DNA from: an uncultured bacterium
GTDB taxonomy: Bacteria; Verrucomicrobiota; Verrucomicrobiia; Limisphaerales; UBA8199
Reading direction: 5' to 3'
Assembly (NCBI GenBank): GCA_963749495.1
Contig: CAVVMW010000010.1
Span: forward strand, 64,001 to 128,000
Length of the DNA stretch: 64,000 nucleotides
Positions 54,409 through 64,000 of the stretch are shown piece after piece; position 1 is the stretch's first letter; every line of letters begins with the position of its first letter. A model generated the notes under the pieces. The model was not told the origin of the DNA, searched no databases, and worked only from the letters and a program-made list of their open reading frames with translations. A program made the position numbers and the translations under genes.

Positions 54409-55296
54409 TTACGGCCAGGTTACGCGATAGAACCGGCTGCCATAGTTGGTCCACTGCGGGTCGGTGAAATAGAGCGTGCTGCCGTTGAGGGTATTGGTTT
54501 GCACAGGATACCAGTTGGGATTGGCTAGATTGGTGCTCGCCTCTATCACGACGAGGAGATTGCTGCTGCCGGTGATGTTGAATCCGAATTGATTGGTCCG
54601 CACTCCATCGAGGACCGTGCCACTGCTCCGTCTGCCGCCATCACCCGTCACGCCATAGAGGGCGGTGCCCAATGGATCCGATCTGACTTGTGGACCGCCT
54701 ACGCCGGTGCTGGTATAGAGACCCGATGAATTGGTGCTGCTGCCCACAGGACCGTCGAGAATCGCTAACAGCGGGCCATCGGTTTTGAAGCCAGATGAAG
54801 GGCCATGCTTCTTCTTCAAGCTGATTTCAAAGCCCGGTCCATTAATCCAGTTGAAACTTAACCCAGCCTCAGAAGGGTCAGTCGTCTTGTCGTCATTATA
54901 GTCTGGTCCGAGAAAGGCTTTCATTTCCTCCCTTCTCAGCTTTGCTTCTTGGCTATCGCACAGCCGACCGCAGCTCATAGACTGCCCAGCACCCTCCATC
55001 TTGAAAAGTTCCAGGTAAAAGTGCTCTGGATTCTCCTCCCGCACGGTTCCACTCACGATAAAGTGGTCTGGCCCGGAATTGGTGAAGAGGCGGAAGGGCA
55101 CGTCAGGTTTGACCACACCGCTAACCCGCCACCCTTCATTACTGGCGGCAAAGGGGCCCCACCATTTAGCCGTCAGTTCATAAAGTGCAGACGGGGCGGA
55201 TGGTGGGGAGGCGTGGACATTACTGCACAAGGTGAACAGGAGTGCCGTTCGGAGAATAAACGCAGGCGAGACGAATCGGGATGCTGTCGTTTTCAT
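54409..55296 (-). CDS. Secreted protein with verrucomicrobial C-terminal RFYR domain
   Basis: Signal peptide, one GloVer-like repeat remnant (LYGVTGDGGRRSSGTV), and a terminal GVRTNQFGFNITG...IEASTNLANPNW...FTDPQWTNYGSRFYRVTWP. Confidence 0.78.
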   Translation of the reverse strand: MKTTASRFVSPAFILRTALLFTLCSNVHASPPSAPSALYELTAKWWGPFAASNEGWRVSGVVKPDVPFRLFTNSGPDHFIVSGTVREENPEHFYLELFKMEGAGQSMSCGRLCDSQEAKLRREEMKAFLGPDYNDDKTTDPSEAGLSFNWINGPGFEISLKKKHGPSSGFKTDGPLLAILDGPVGSSTNSSGLYTSTGVGGPQVRSDPLGTALYGVTGDGGRRSSGTVLDGVRTNQFGFNITGSSNLLVVIEASTNLANPNWYPVQTNTLNGSTLYFTDPQWTNYGSRFYRVTWP

Positions 55297-55456
55297 ACGA
55301 TCTTAAATTACCCGTTTATACACCGGCCGCAAGCGGTGGTTTGGAACGAAGCGAACGAATATGTTGGCTCTTGTCGCGTTATTGGTGGCCCTCTCAAGCC
55401 TGGCTTGGGCAGATCGCAAGCTCCTCGTGCAGACCGTCCTCAAGTCTGATAGACTG

Positions 55457-55599
55457 GTCGAGTGGAGCGGAGGCGCGACCGGTTTGGACCAATGGCTTCC
55501 CGTGTTTCGGCTCTTTCGAGCATCGTGGCAAAGGGCAATCTGGTCCTGCCCACGTTTCCTCCACCCCCTCTTTTCATCCCGTACGGCGAGTTTTCCCCA
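55457..55599 (-). mobile_element. Group II intron 3'-end remnant (partial domain V, domain VI)
   Basis: The minus strand reads GGGGAAAACTCGCCGTACGGGAT...GAGGGGGTGGAGGAAAC...CGCGCCTCCGCTCCACTCGAC, ending in AC. The 5' strand of DV (catalytic AGC triad) is missing. Confidence 0.7.
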
Positions 55600-55637
55600 G
55601 GCCTGATGCGCCGGTCTGACGAACTCCGTCCAGCTTA

Positions 55638-55797
55638 GGCGGTGGAAATAAATAAAGGTGGCAAGATGCCGCCGGGATTTTGGCGCCCAGCGAGGCGTGA
55701 ACGAGGCGCATATCCGCAGCGATCTGCAACGAGTGAACAACGAAGCTGGGCGGCAAAAGAACAAGGCAGGTTGCTACCTTTATTTATTTCCACCGCC
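55638..55797. mobile_element. MITE copy 1 (160 bp, ~27-bp terminal IRs)
   Basis: GGCGGTGGAAATAAATAAAGGTGGCAA ... TTGCTACCTTTATTTATTTCCACCGCC, flanked by TTA/TTG. Confidence 0.85.
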
Positions 55798-55995
55798 TTG
55801 GGCCTGTTCGGCTTGCTCTGGGCGGTCTTTGCCCTCGCGGGCCGTTCGCCTCACCTTCCCTTCTTTGCTTTGGCATACTTTCCTTATGGTGCCACTGACG
55901 CAGCTTGGAACGCTGCCGGCAAATTTGCGGCAATACCACTTGTAGGGGGGCGAACAGCGGAGAGCCGCGTGAGCGGGGTCGGCACGCTGCCAGTG

Positions 55996-56093
55996 CGAAG
56001 CGCCGGCTTTAGCCGGCTTTGGACGTTCCGATGTTCGGTGGCGCCACGCCAGGGGTTCGGGTGCGCCCGAAGCCGGTTGAAGCCGGCGCTCCG
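55996..56093. repeat. REP-like doublet
   Basis: CGAAGCGCCGGCTTTAGCCGGCT ... AGCCGGTTGAAGCCGGCGCTCCG, inverted, each arm self-palindromic. Confidence 0.7.
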
Positions 56094-56183
56094 GGTCGCA
56101 GGGGCTCGATGCGCTTGCGAGGATTTCAGCGTTTTTTTCTGTTGACATTTTTTGCGAACTGTCATATTGTCATAAGACAGTAA

Positions 56184-57098
56184 ATGACGACTATGCTTTC
56201 GTGGATCAATGGCAGGTTCGGCAAGCCCGTTTGCCCCCAAGTGGCGGACGGCGTCGAGGCGGCGGCGGGGGGCGGCCTGCTGGCGGGGGAACGTCCACCC
56301 TCCGTTCGACCCCCGGCCGGAGAATTGCGCCTGAACCGGAGGGCATTCACCCTCACCGAATTGCTCGTGGTCATAGCGGTCATCACGATTCTGGCCGCCG
56401 TGCTCCTGCCCGCGCTTTCGCAAGCCAGGGCGCAAGGCCAAGCCACCGCTTGCAGGAACCACCTGCACCAAATCGGGCTTGCTATGGCGATGTTCGTCGC
56501 GGACCACAATCGCTATCCGCCACAGTATGAGCCTGGACCCTCGTTTGTGGACAATTGGGCCGACAAACTGTACCCCTATGCCCCGCTGAGTTGGACAAAC
56601 ACATCGTGGCATTGCCCCACGTACATTGCGAGGGGAGGATTCGTCCAATCCAAAAGAATGGGTTACGGAAGCAAATTGACCGTTGGGACTAGCTACGCCT
56701 ACAACGCTCGTGGCATCGGGGCCCGTACGTTAAATCCCAACCTCGGACTGGAAAACGGTTACACGCACACGGGCATTCGCGAAGAGCAAGTGCAAGCGCC
56801 GAGCCAAATGTACACGGTTGCTGACGCTCGGGCCTACCACGGGAAGGGGGCAAGACCGGTTCAAGGCCTGCCCTTGATGAACCCGTGGAATTGGAATCTC
56901 CCGCCAGGCGGTATCTGGCCGGAAGCGGCCCCCCCGCACGCGCAAGGCTACGACATTTTGTTTGCTGACGGCCATGTGTCGCTGGTGAAGCGAAAGGACT
57001 ACCTGTATCCGCCACGAACCGCGCACAACTGGAACCGCGATAACCAGCCGCGCCCGGAGGTATGGCTGCCGACGAATCAGTGGCCGGTGCAGAACTAG
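56184..57098 (+). CDS. Prepilin-type N-terminal cleavage/methylation protein with H-X9-DG motif
   Basis: [57 protein letters not shown]. Confidence 0.92.
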   Translation: MTTMLSWINGRFGKPVCPQVADGVEAAAGGGLLAGERPPSVRPPAGELRLNRRAFTLTELLVVIAVITILAAVLLPALSQARAQGQATACRNHLHQIGLAMAMFVADHNRYPPQYEPGPSFVDNWADKLYPYAPLSWTNTSWHCPTYIARGGFVQSKRMGYGSKLTVGTSYAYNARGIGARTLNPNLGLENGYTHTGIREEQVQAPSQMYTVADARAYHGKGARPVQGLPLMNPWNWNLPPGGIWPEAAPPHAQGYDILFADGHVSLVKRKDYLYPPRTAHNWNRDNQPRPEVWLPTNQWPVQN

Positions 57099-57405
57099 CC
57101 GCCAGCGGCGGCGGATGGCGCCTGGCGCCAGGCCAGTTCCGCCTCGAGTGCAACGGTGTCGATTTCAGCCAGGAAATCGGTGTCATCCTCGGCCTGCCAG
57201 TACGCCGTGCTGAGGGCCAGCGCGAGGTATCCCTCCCCGATGTCGGCCTCAATGGCCATCTGCTTCGCATCGGGCGCAGCGGCTTCGAGGCTGTGGGAGC
57301 GCACCCGCAGACTCGCTTGGTCCCATGCACCTCGTCATGGCTCAACGGCACGACCTCAACCTCGTCCTTCACGCCGAGGGTTATCAACGCGCGTATCTTC
57401 CTCAT
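57095..57405 (-). CDS. Possible small hypothetical protein (frameshifted ~57300)
   Basis: [26 protein letters not shown]... joins ...[34 protein letters not shown]; both parts have protein-like composition. Confidence 0.3.
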
Positions 57406-57676
57406 TCCGAGCGCCGGGCTCGAAGGCCAGGAATTGACAGGGGGGAAGCAGAAAGATGACAAGCCAACCAGGAGGCGGGTCATTTCAAGTGTTTTTCGAG
57501 GCTGGACAGGAGAGCATCGCCGTGCAAGGGGCCGGCAATCGGCTCGCCTTGCGGCCAGGGATGGTCTATCTCGGGGGTACCGATCCCGAGGCGGCGCCGC
57601 TGGGGCCGGTAATGGAGTTGGGGGTTGCCGGCCAAAAAGCCCTCACGCCGGACACCGCAGCGCAGTCCGTCGCTTA

Positions 57677-57834
57677 GGCGGTGGAAATAAATAAAGGTGG
57701 CAAGATGCCGCCGGAATTTTGGCGCCCAGCGAGGCGTGAACGAGGCGCATATCCAGTGATCTGCAACGAGTGAACAACGACGCTGGGCGGCAAAAGAACA
57801 AGGCAGGTTGCTACCTTTATTTATTTCCACCGCC
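57677..57834. mobile_element. MITE copy 2 (158 bp)
   Basis: Near-identical direct copy of 55638..55797, flanked by TTA/TTA. Confidence 0.85.
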
Positions 57835-58022
57835 TTATTGGCAAAACACCACCGACCAACTCTTGACGGACTCGGACGCCTCCGGTTCGACTGCCACTCA
57901 GAGTGCTTACGCCCAGATGATGGTGCGACAGGCCAACCTCCTTATGAGCCAGGATTCTGCGGCGGAGGGACAGTTTTTTGTGCGGTTTTAGCCTCCCGCG
58001 CACCTATCCATTATGGACGCAG

Positions 58023-59678
58023 ATGAGTAACGACACGGAATTACTGCGGCAGTATATCGAGGAGCGCTCCGAGAGCGCCTTTACCGAACTGGTGCATGAG
58101 CACCTGAACCTGGTCTATTCGGCGGCCGTGAGGGAGGCGAACGGCGACGGGGCGCTGGCGCAGGACCTTTCACAAGGGGTATTCACCGAACTGGCGCGCG
58201 AAGCTCCCAGGCTCCTGAGTCATCCCTCCTTGGCCGGGTGGCTTTACACCACGGTCCGCCATCGGGCTGCGAATTTGCGGCGCGCCGAGCGGCACCGCCG
58301 GCGTCGGGAAGAAGAGGCCCAAAGTATGAATGAGTTGCTTTCGGACGACTCCCCCAGCGAGGCCTGGCAGCGGGTTCGGCCGGTGCTCGATGACGCGCTG
58401 CACGAATTGAAAGAGGCGGACCGCGCTGTCGTGGTGCTCCGCTTCCTGGAAGACCGGACCTTGCGCGAAGTCGGTGAACGGATGGGGCTCACGGAGGATG
58501 CGGCCCGGATGCGAGTGGGCCGGGCGCTGGACAAGCTCCGTGGGCTGCTCGCGCGGCGCGGCATCACCTCGACCGCGTCCGGTCTGACCGCCGCCTTGGC
58601 GATCGGAGTCGTCACCCCGGCCCCGGCCGCCTTGGAGGCGACCATCGCGAGCACCGCGCTGGCGAGCGGAGCGGCTGCCGGCTCAACCACCCTGACCCTG
58701 ATGAAACTTATGAGCATAACCAAAGTTCAAGTCAGTCTGATCGGCGCCCTGCTTGTGGCGGGTGTCGCCGTGCCTGTCTGGCAACAAACGCGCCTGCAAC
58801 GCGCGCGGGCCGAGAACGCGCGATGGCGCGCCCAGGAAACCGAACTCGCCGCCTCGCGCGGCGAACCAGAACGCCTGCGTGCAGCCGAGGCCGACCAAGC
58901 CGAATTGGAGCGGTTGCGCCAATGGAAGGCGCAAACTCAGCCCGAATTGCTCCGCTTGCGCGGGATGGCTGGGGTAGCCCGGCGGGCGAATGTCGAGGCG
59001 GAGGAATTGAGGGCGCAACTTGCGCGGCAGAAAAGCATCGCCGGCGCCACGCAACTCTCGGGGCCGATGGGTGACCTGATGAAGCAGGGCATGAAGCAGG
59101 CCATGGAGCAACAGGTCGAGGGCCAGTTGTCCCGCATGACGGCCAGCCTGCACCTGACTCCGGAACAAGCCCAAGCCGCTCGCGACATCCTGATGAAGCA
59201 GTCGCAGGTGATGTCGGCGGGGATGCAGCAGGCCTTTTCGGGAACATTTAACAAGGAAGAGATCGACGGCTTGGCCAAGGACGCGGGCGATCCGGACGAG
59301 CAAATCAAGGCGCTGCTGACTCCGGACCAGCGAGCGGCCTATCCAAGCTACAAACAGGAAGAGGCCGAGCACAACGCGCGCCTGATGGCCAACACTGAAC
59401 TGCTCCGGATGCAGTCCACCCTCGGCTTGACAGCCGAGCAAGAGGATCGGGCTTTTGCCGCCCTGTATGAGGCTGACCTCAACCAACTGACCGCCAGCGC
59501 AACACACAACGCTGCAAACCAGGCCGACATAATCCAGTCGAGTTTTGACCAGAAAGCCAAGGCGCTGGAGTCGGTGCTGACGCCAACCCAGTTGGAAAAC
59601 TACCGCAAACAGCAAGCGCTTGCGGCCAAAGCTGCCAACGACATTCTAAGCAAGATGGGAAGCAGCGGCTCGAAATAA
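58023..59678 (+). CDS. ECF sigma factor with TM helix and coiled-coil/helical (LTPEQ-repeat) C-terminal extension
   Basis: SESAFTELVHEHLNLVYSAA, LAGWLYTT, LRFLEDRT...MGLTEDAARMRVGRALDKLR, a TM segment, and repeats LHLTPEQ, LLTPDQ, LGLTAEQ, VLTPTQ. Confidence 0.92.
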   Translation: MSNDTELLRQYIEERSESAFTELVHEHLNLVYSAAVREANGDGALAQDLSQGVFTELAREAPRLLSHPSLAGWLYTTVRHRAANLRRAERHRRRREEEAQSMNELLSDDSPSEAWQRVRPVLDDALHELKEADRAVVVLRFLEDRTLREVGERMGLTEDAARMRVGRALDKLRGLLARRGITSTASGLTAALAIGVVTPAPAALEATIASTALASGAAAGSTTLTLMKLMSITKVQVSLIGALLVAGVAVPVWQQTRLQRARAENARWRAQETELAASRGEPERLRAAEADQAELERLRQWKAQTQPELLRLRGMAGVARRANVEAEELRAQLARQKSIAGATQLSGPMGDLMKQGMKQAMEQQVEGQLSRMTASLHLTPEQAQAARDILMKQSQVMSAGMQQAFSGTFNKEEIDGLAKDAGDPDEQIKALLTPDQRAAYPSYKQEEAEHNARLMANTELLRMQSTLGLTAEQEDRAFAALYEADLNQLTASATHNAANQADIIQSSFDQKAKALESVLTPTQLENYRKQQALAAKAANDILSKMGSSGSK

Positions 59679-59743
59679 CGGGAAAGAAACAACAAACGTA
59701 ACAAAACAATGACTCCAGTGAAAGGAACCCGGTGAAAGGAACT

Positions 59744-60668
59744 ATGAAGAACGATAACGTGGTCGAAGGTTATATGTGCGGCGGGCGTGGGCGCAGCAGC
59801 ATTGCTGGCCGGCGGCCCGGCAAGGATGGCGATGTCTCAAACCGGCGGCGGCGACAACGCAACGGCGCAGGAAATTGCCGGAAAATCACGCGAGGCTTAC
59901 GCGGCGCTTTCCAGTTACAGCGACCGCGGGACAGTGGTTTCGGAAATGGCGGGCCAAAAGAACACGCTCACTTTCAATACACGATTGCAACGACCCAACC
60001 TGTATCGGATTGATTGGACGCCGGGGACGGGACTCAAGGGAGTTGTTTGGTCCGATGGCAGCGGAGATTATTTGCTGACCACAGCCGCCGGACAGGAGGA
60101 AAACGCCAAATCTCAAAAAATGCCAAGCATGACGGACGGCTTGACTCAGGCAGCGGGGCTTTCATGGTCTGCCGCATCAACGACACCCGGAGTTTTTTTT
60201 AATCACGACTTCGGCGATGCTTTTTTTGCCCCCGCCCTGTCGGGCCGCTATCCGCTCAAAAAGGAGAACAACGCGAAGGTGGGTGACGTTGATTGTTATG
60301 TTGTTTCGAGCGTGATGGACTTGTCCAAATCGCCTGCCAAAGGCAAACCAGGAACCGCGTCCACGATGCTTTGGATCGGCAAAAGCGATTTTCTCATCCA
60401 CCAATGCCGCGCAAGGTATGTGGAAAAGGTCGAGTCCGGCGCACCGAGTGATTCTGCGATTGATGAAGCGATAATAAAGTCTCTGGAAATGCAGAACAAA
60501 CCGGCCACGCCCGAGGCTATCGCCGCCATGAGACCGCAGATGAAGGCAGTCATGAAACAGGTGCAAAGCACGCTCAAATCAGGCTTCGAATCCGGCATTG
60601 TGTTCACCCAGACACGCGAAAACATCGTCGTGAATGAAAAGTACACGCCGGCTGATTTCAGCCGCTAA
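59744..60668 (+). CDS. Secreted LolA/DUF2092-like protein (probable frameshift ~59753 in signal peptide)
   Basis: RBS AAAGGAACT before ATG 59744. AQEIAGKSREAYAALSSYSDRG, RLQRPNLYRIDW, VWSDGSG, VGDVDCYVV, LWIGKSDFLIHQ. Confidence 0.75.
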
Positions 60669-60730
60669 AGTTCCAGCCAAATTCCCGGGCTTGACTCGCC
60701 CGCCGAGCCGGGCTTGACTGCGGCAGCGCC

Positions 60731-62569
60731 ATGGCATGCCTGCCGCTAATCGAACGGGAGTTGCGCGTGGCCTTGCGCAAGCAGCGCCCGGCACAGAGCC
60801 GGCTCATCGTCGCTGCGCTCGCGGCCGGTTGGGCGATGGTTTTTCTGCTTCTCGGCGCGTACACTCACGACCCTCGCCTGGGCCGATTGCTGGAACAATT
60901 CCTCTGTATGGCGGGCCTCTGTTTCGTGCTGCGGGCGCCCAGGTTGACCGCGGGTGTGCTGGCCGAGGAACGCCGAAACCAGACGCTCGGGTTGCTGTTT
61001 TTGAGCGGGTTGGGGGCGGGGGAGGTGTTGGCGGGCAAATTCCTGAGTTCCGCCCTGGTCGCGTTTGCGGACCTGCTGGCCATCTTCCCGGTGCTGGCGT
61101 TGCCGTTCCTAGCCGGGGGGATTTCGTTTGACCTGTATCTCGCCACCGTCTGCGCGTTGCCGGTCCTGATGTTCTTTGCGCTGGCCGTGTCGCTGTTGGC
61201 ATCGGTGCTGACGCGAGAGGATGGCACCGCCCTGGTTCTGGCCATGGTGCTGGGAGCGGTGGTTTGCGTGCTGACACCGGCCATTTCCCTGGCACAATCT
61301 CATTTCTTCCCCGGCGCCAGGCCCTCCGTGTGGTGGTTGTGCGTCAGTCCGGCCCACGGCCCGCACCTGGTATGGAGCGGCCTTGGCTTCGGATTCGGCG
61401 CGGGCCAACGGGCCGAGTTTTGGCGGAACCTGGTTCTGACGCTGGGCTGGTCGGCGTTGGCCCTGGGCGCCGCCGCGTTCGCCTTGAAGCGGCTCTGGCG
61501 GCAACCGGAACCGGCAGAGGGGACCGGCGGCTGGCGCGGGCGATGGCGCGCGTTTGTGCATGGCGGGCGCGAAAGTCGCCGGCGCCTGGCGCGCTTGTGG
61601 CTGGAGCAGAACCCGTTCGTCTGGCTGGCCAGCCGGGACCGGCAGCCGGCGACGCTGGGCTGGCTGGTGGTGGGAGGGATCGTCGTGGCCTGGTTGCTGT
61701 GCTGGGCGGTTTGGCCGGCGCGGTGGCCCGGCGCACAGAACTTTTTCATCACCGCCACGCTGCTAAACCTGGCCTTGGCCTGGCTCACCGGCCACACCGC
61801 CGCCCGGGAGATCGCCCAGGCCCGGCTGGACGGCGCTTACGAGTTGCTGCTGACCACGCCCTTGAACCCGGACGAGATCGTGCGGGGTACGCTGGAAACG
61901 CTGCGGTGGCATTTCCGGGCGCTGGCCAACTTTGTCTTGTGCCTGGACGTGCTCATGCTGCTGGTCGGGTTGATGGCGAGGCGGTGGACCACAGGCGCGC
62001 TGGCCGTTTACTCCGTCATTTGGCTGTGTCTGCTGGCCTGGACCTGGAGCCTCGGCCACCGCTGGCCGCGCGTGTTGCGGGTGATGTGGGCCAGCCTGAA
62101 CTGTGGCCGCCCGGCGCATGCGGTCTATGCGGTCTGGCGCGCCTCCGGCCTCAATTGGTGGGCCTGGATTTGGGTCCTGTTCAATCTCCGGAATCTGAGC
62201 CTGGGGTCTCAACAGTTCCCGACCGGCTCGTTCCGCCAAGTGGCGTGGGTCTCGTTTTTTGCGTTGCTCTGGCTGGCTTGGCTCACGTGGGGATCCTGCA
62301 AGCGCCTCAGGGGGGTCGACGAACTGAAGTTGCACCCCCTGGCGATCTTTTGGATTGAGGGCGCCTCCGGGATCTGCGAAACCCGGCTCGTCGGCCAGTT
62401 CCGCGACATCGTGCGCGAGCCGTTGCCCGACCCGAGCGACCCGCGTTTCAAGAAATGGAACCTGCGTGAGCGTTTTCCCTGGGGGCCGGGGACAGGCCCG
62501 CCAGCCGCTGCAACCGCAATTACAGTTCGCCATCAGGGACCAAACCGTTGTACGGAGAGAATAAAATAA
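60731..62569 (+). CDS. ABC-2-like permease-domain membrane protein (duplicated); C-terminus possibly disrupted
   Basis: LPLIERELRVALR, AEERRNQTLGLLFLS...EVLAGK, RLDGAYELLLTTPL, many TM helices. Confidence 0.8.
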   Translation: MACLPLIERELRVALRKQRPAQSRLIVAALAAGWAMVFLLLGAYTHDPRLGRLLEQFLCMAGLCFVLRAPRLTAGVLAEERRNQTLGLLFLSGLGAGEVLAGKFLSSALVAFADLLAIFPVLALPFLAGGISFDLYLATVCALPVLMFFALAVSLLASVLTREDGTALVLAMVLGAVVCVLTPAISLAQSHFFPGARPSVWWLCVSPAHGPHLVWSGLGFGFGAGQRAEFWRNLVLTLGWSALALGAAAFALKRLWRQPEPAEGTGGWRGRWRAFVHGGRESRRRLARLWLEQNPFVWLASRDRQPATLGWLVVGGIVVAWLLCWAVWPARWPGAQNFFITATLLNLALAWLTGHTAAREIAQARLDGAYELLLTTPLNPDEIVRGTLETLRWHFRALANFVLCLDVLMLLVGLMARRWTTGALAVYSVIWLCLLAWTWSLGHRWPRVLRVMWASLNCGRPAHAVYAVWRASGLNWWAWIWVLFNLRNLSLGSQQFPTGSFRQVAWVSFFALLWLAWLTWGSCKRLRGVDELKLHPLAIFWIEGASGICETRLVGQFRDIVREPLPDPSDPRFKKWNLRERFPWGPGTGPPAAATAITVRHQGPNRCTERIK

Positions 62570-62876
62570 TTGATGTCGTCACAGAGCGCGGCAAACTATC
62601 AATTCGGTGTTTCGGCGCGGAGAAGTTCGCAAGTGCAATACGTGAACAAAAGAAAGCGCTACAGCCAGATGGCTAAGAGTGGTCACCCATAGGTCGGTAT
62701 GTTTCTTGCCAATCGGCGAACCACCCTATGGCTGCCCCCTCTGGGCGCTGGGACAGCGTACCTGGCATCAGAGTTCCGCCACCCTAGTGGATCAACGAAA
62801 TGAAAGCCAAATTAGATCCCGCGGACTCCTGGACGGGGGTTTCAGCCGCGGCCGCGGCTCCGGAACGCAGCCGTTC

Positions 62877-63290
62877 CTATTCCTGGACAGCCCATCGGTT
62901 CGTTGGGGCCCAGGCCTCCGGGTGGGGCTGATTGTCCCGGTTCCAATTATGCGCGGTTCGGGGAGGAAAGAGGTAATCGGTGCGCTTCACCAAGAGCACA
63001 TGCCCGTCAACGAAGAGGACGTTGTAGCCTTGTCCATGGGGAGGGGCCCGTTCCACGGCATTTGCGAGGCTCCAGGGTGTCATCTTCCAGCCGCCCAGCA
63101 TCGCGTTGGCTTTTGGTGTAAGCCCGCGCATCGGCAACGGCGTACATCTCGCTTGGCGCCAGCATGGCCTCTTCCGGCGCGGAGAACCGAGGCAGCCAAC
63201 CCACCCCGAGGTTCAGCCCCCGCAGGATTCGGGACAACCCTGCCAACCAAGGCCCAGAATGCCCCGCGTATTATAGGCGTAACTGATAGA
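62877..63290 (-). pseudogene. 5'-truncated, frameshifted prepilin/H-X9-DG paralog
   Basis: SYAYNTRGILGLGW|...APSEMYAVADAR|...HGQGYNVLFVDGH...[21 protein letters not shown]. The N-terminal methylation motif is absent. Confidence 0.8.
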
Positions 63291-63595
63291 TTGGGAATTA
63301 AACCGAGGAGGTGTCGGGAGATCTAGGATTCCCCAGTTTGAAATGGCGGCGATACGCATTTTCCCGGTTGTTTACGGCAATTGGACCGGGCTGAGGCGGA
63401 AGCGTCACGAGAGAGCCACCCCCGAAGTTCGGAATAAACAGAACTCCGGTTTGGCTGGTTCTGCGGCAATATTGAAGATGAATGAATGAATCGCTGCCCA
63501 GGGCAATGTCGCGCACCAGCCCTGCCTGGCCCGATTCTTTGTCACCGCTTCGGGCTTTCTGGCCTCTTAAGCGGTGGTATGATGATGACTGAGAT

Positions 63596-64000
63596 ATGAG
63601 AGCGAGCGATGCCGATTTGGTGCAGCAGGGCCTGGAGGATCGGGAGGCCTTTGGCCGAATCGTCGAGCGGTATCAGTCGCTGATATGCAGCCTTGCTTAC
63701 AGCGCAACCGGCAGCCTGAGCCGCAGCGAAGACCTGGCGCAGGATACCTTTCTGATCGCCTGGAAACAGCTTCGCCAGTTGCGTGACCCAGACAAGCTGA
63801 AGTCCTGGCTGTGCAGCATTGCGCGGTCGGTTATCAGCAGCACGTCTCGGCGCGAGGGCAGACAACCAGCCTGCGTGGCGGAGCAACTGGACAGGGTCCC
63901 GGAACTGCCCTCGCCGGGACCGCTGCCGACCGAGCAAGCCATCAGCCGGGAAGAGGAAGCCATCCTCTGGCGCGCACTCGCTCTCATCCCCGAGGTGTAT
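63596..64000 (+). CDS. ECF sigma factor, N-terminal part (runs off window end)
   Basis: MRASDADLVQQGLEDREAFGRIVERYQSLICSLAYSATGSLSRSEDLAQDTFLIAWKQLRQLRDPDKLKSWLCSIAR, open to 64000. Confidence 0.88.
   Translation, partial: MRASDADLVQQGLEDREAFGRIVERYQSLICSLAYSATGSLSRSEDLAQDTFLIAWKQLRQLRDPDKLKSWLCSIARSVISSTSRREGRQPACVAEQLDRVPELPSPGPLPTEQAISREEEAILWRALALIPEVY

Noticed and set aside
62680..62815. IS ends around CTAG at ~62784
   Set aside because: The junction looks IS-like, but I found no partner inverted repeat or transposase ORF, so it cannot be supported.
62877..63290. Truncated prepilin copy as a DGR template repeat for the genes at 30045 and 56184
   Set aside because: Differences among the three copies are mostly synonymous third-position changes of all base types, not adenine-specific, and there is no reverse transcriptase in the window.

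Overview
This is a GC-rich bacterial window. Its gene content (ECF sigma factors with long extracytoplasmic extensions, prepilin/H-X9-DG proteins, proteins ending in an 'RFYR' C-terminal domain, ADOP permeases) suggests Verrucomicrobiota subdivision 3 (Pedosphaerales/Limisphaerales); that assignment is inference. Main blocks: (i) two divergent transmembrane ECF sigma factors; (ii) a mosaic of gene fragments containing a broken integron (truncated intI-like gene, attI-like site, one low-GC cassette, one attC); (iii) a ~19 kb export locus with 2 PadR, 5 ADOP permeases, 2 ABC ATPases, an MFP and a TolC-family protein; (iv) a membrane-protein gene with an in-frame TGA in a U-G-G-A-C context followed by a SECIS-like hairpin, the best candidate for something new (a possible selenoprotein); (v) a BlaI/BlaR1-like pair sharing an identical 14-bp operator with a MoxR-DUF58-BatA/vWA-DUF4175-vWA/GATase operon, where the sensor domain recurs twice in an operon product; (vi) group II intron remnants, twin MITEs, several REP-like doublets, more prepilin paralogs and two further ECFs. 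About a dozen single-base frameshifts lie in otherwise intact genes, probably long-read errors, so recoding and pseudogene calls need read-level confirmation. I saw no rRNA, tRNA or CRISPR array. All family names come from motif recognition by eye; no database searches were run.
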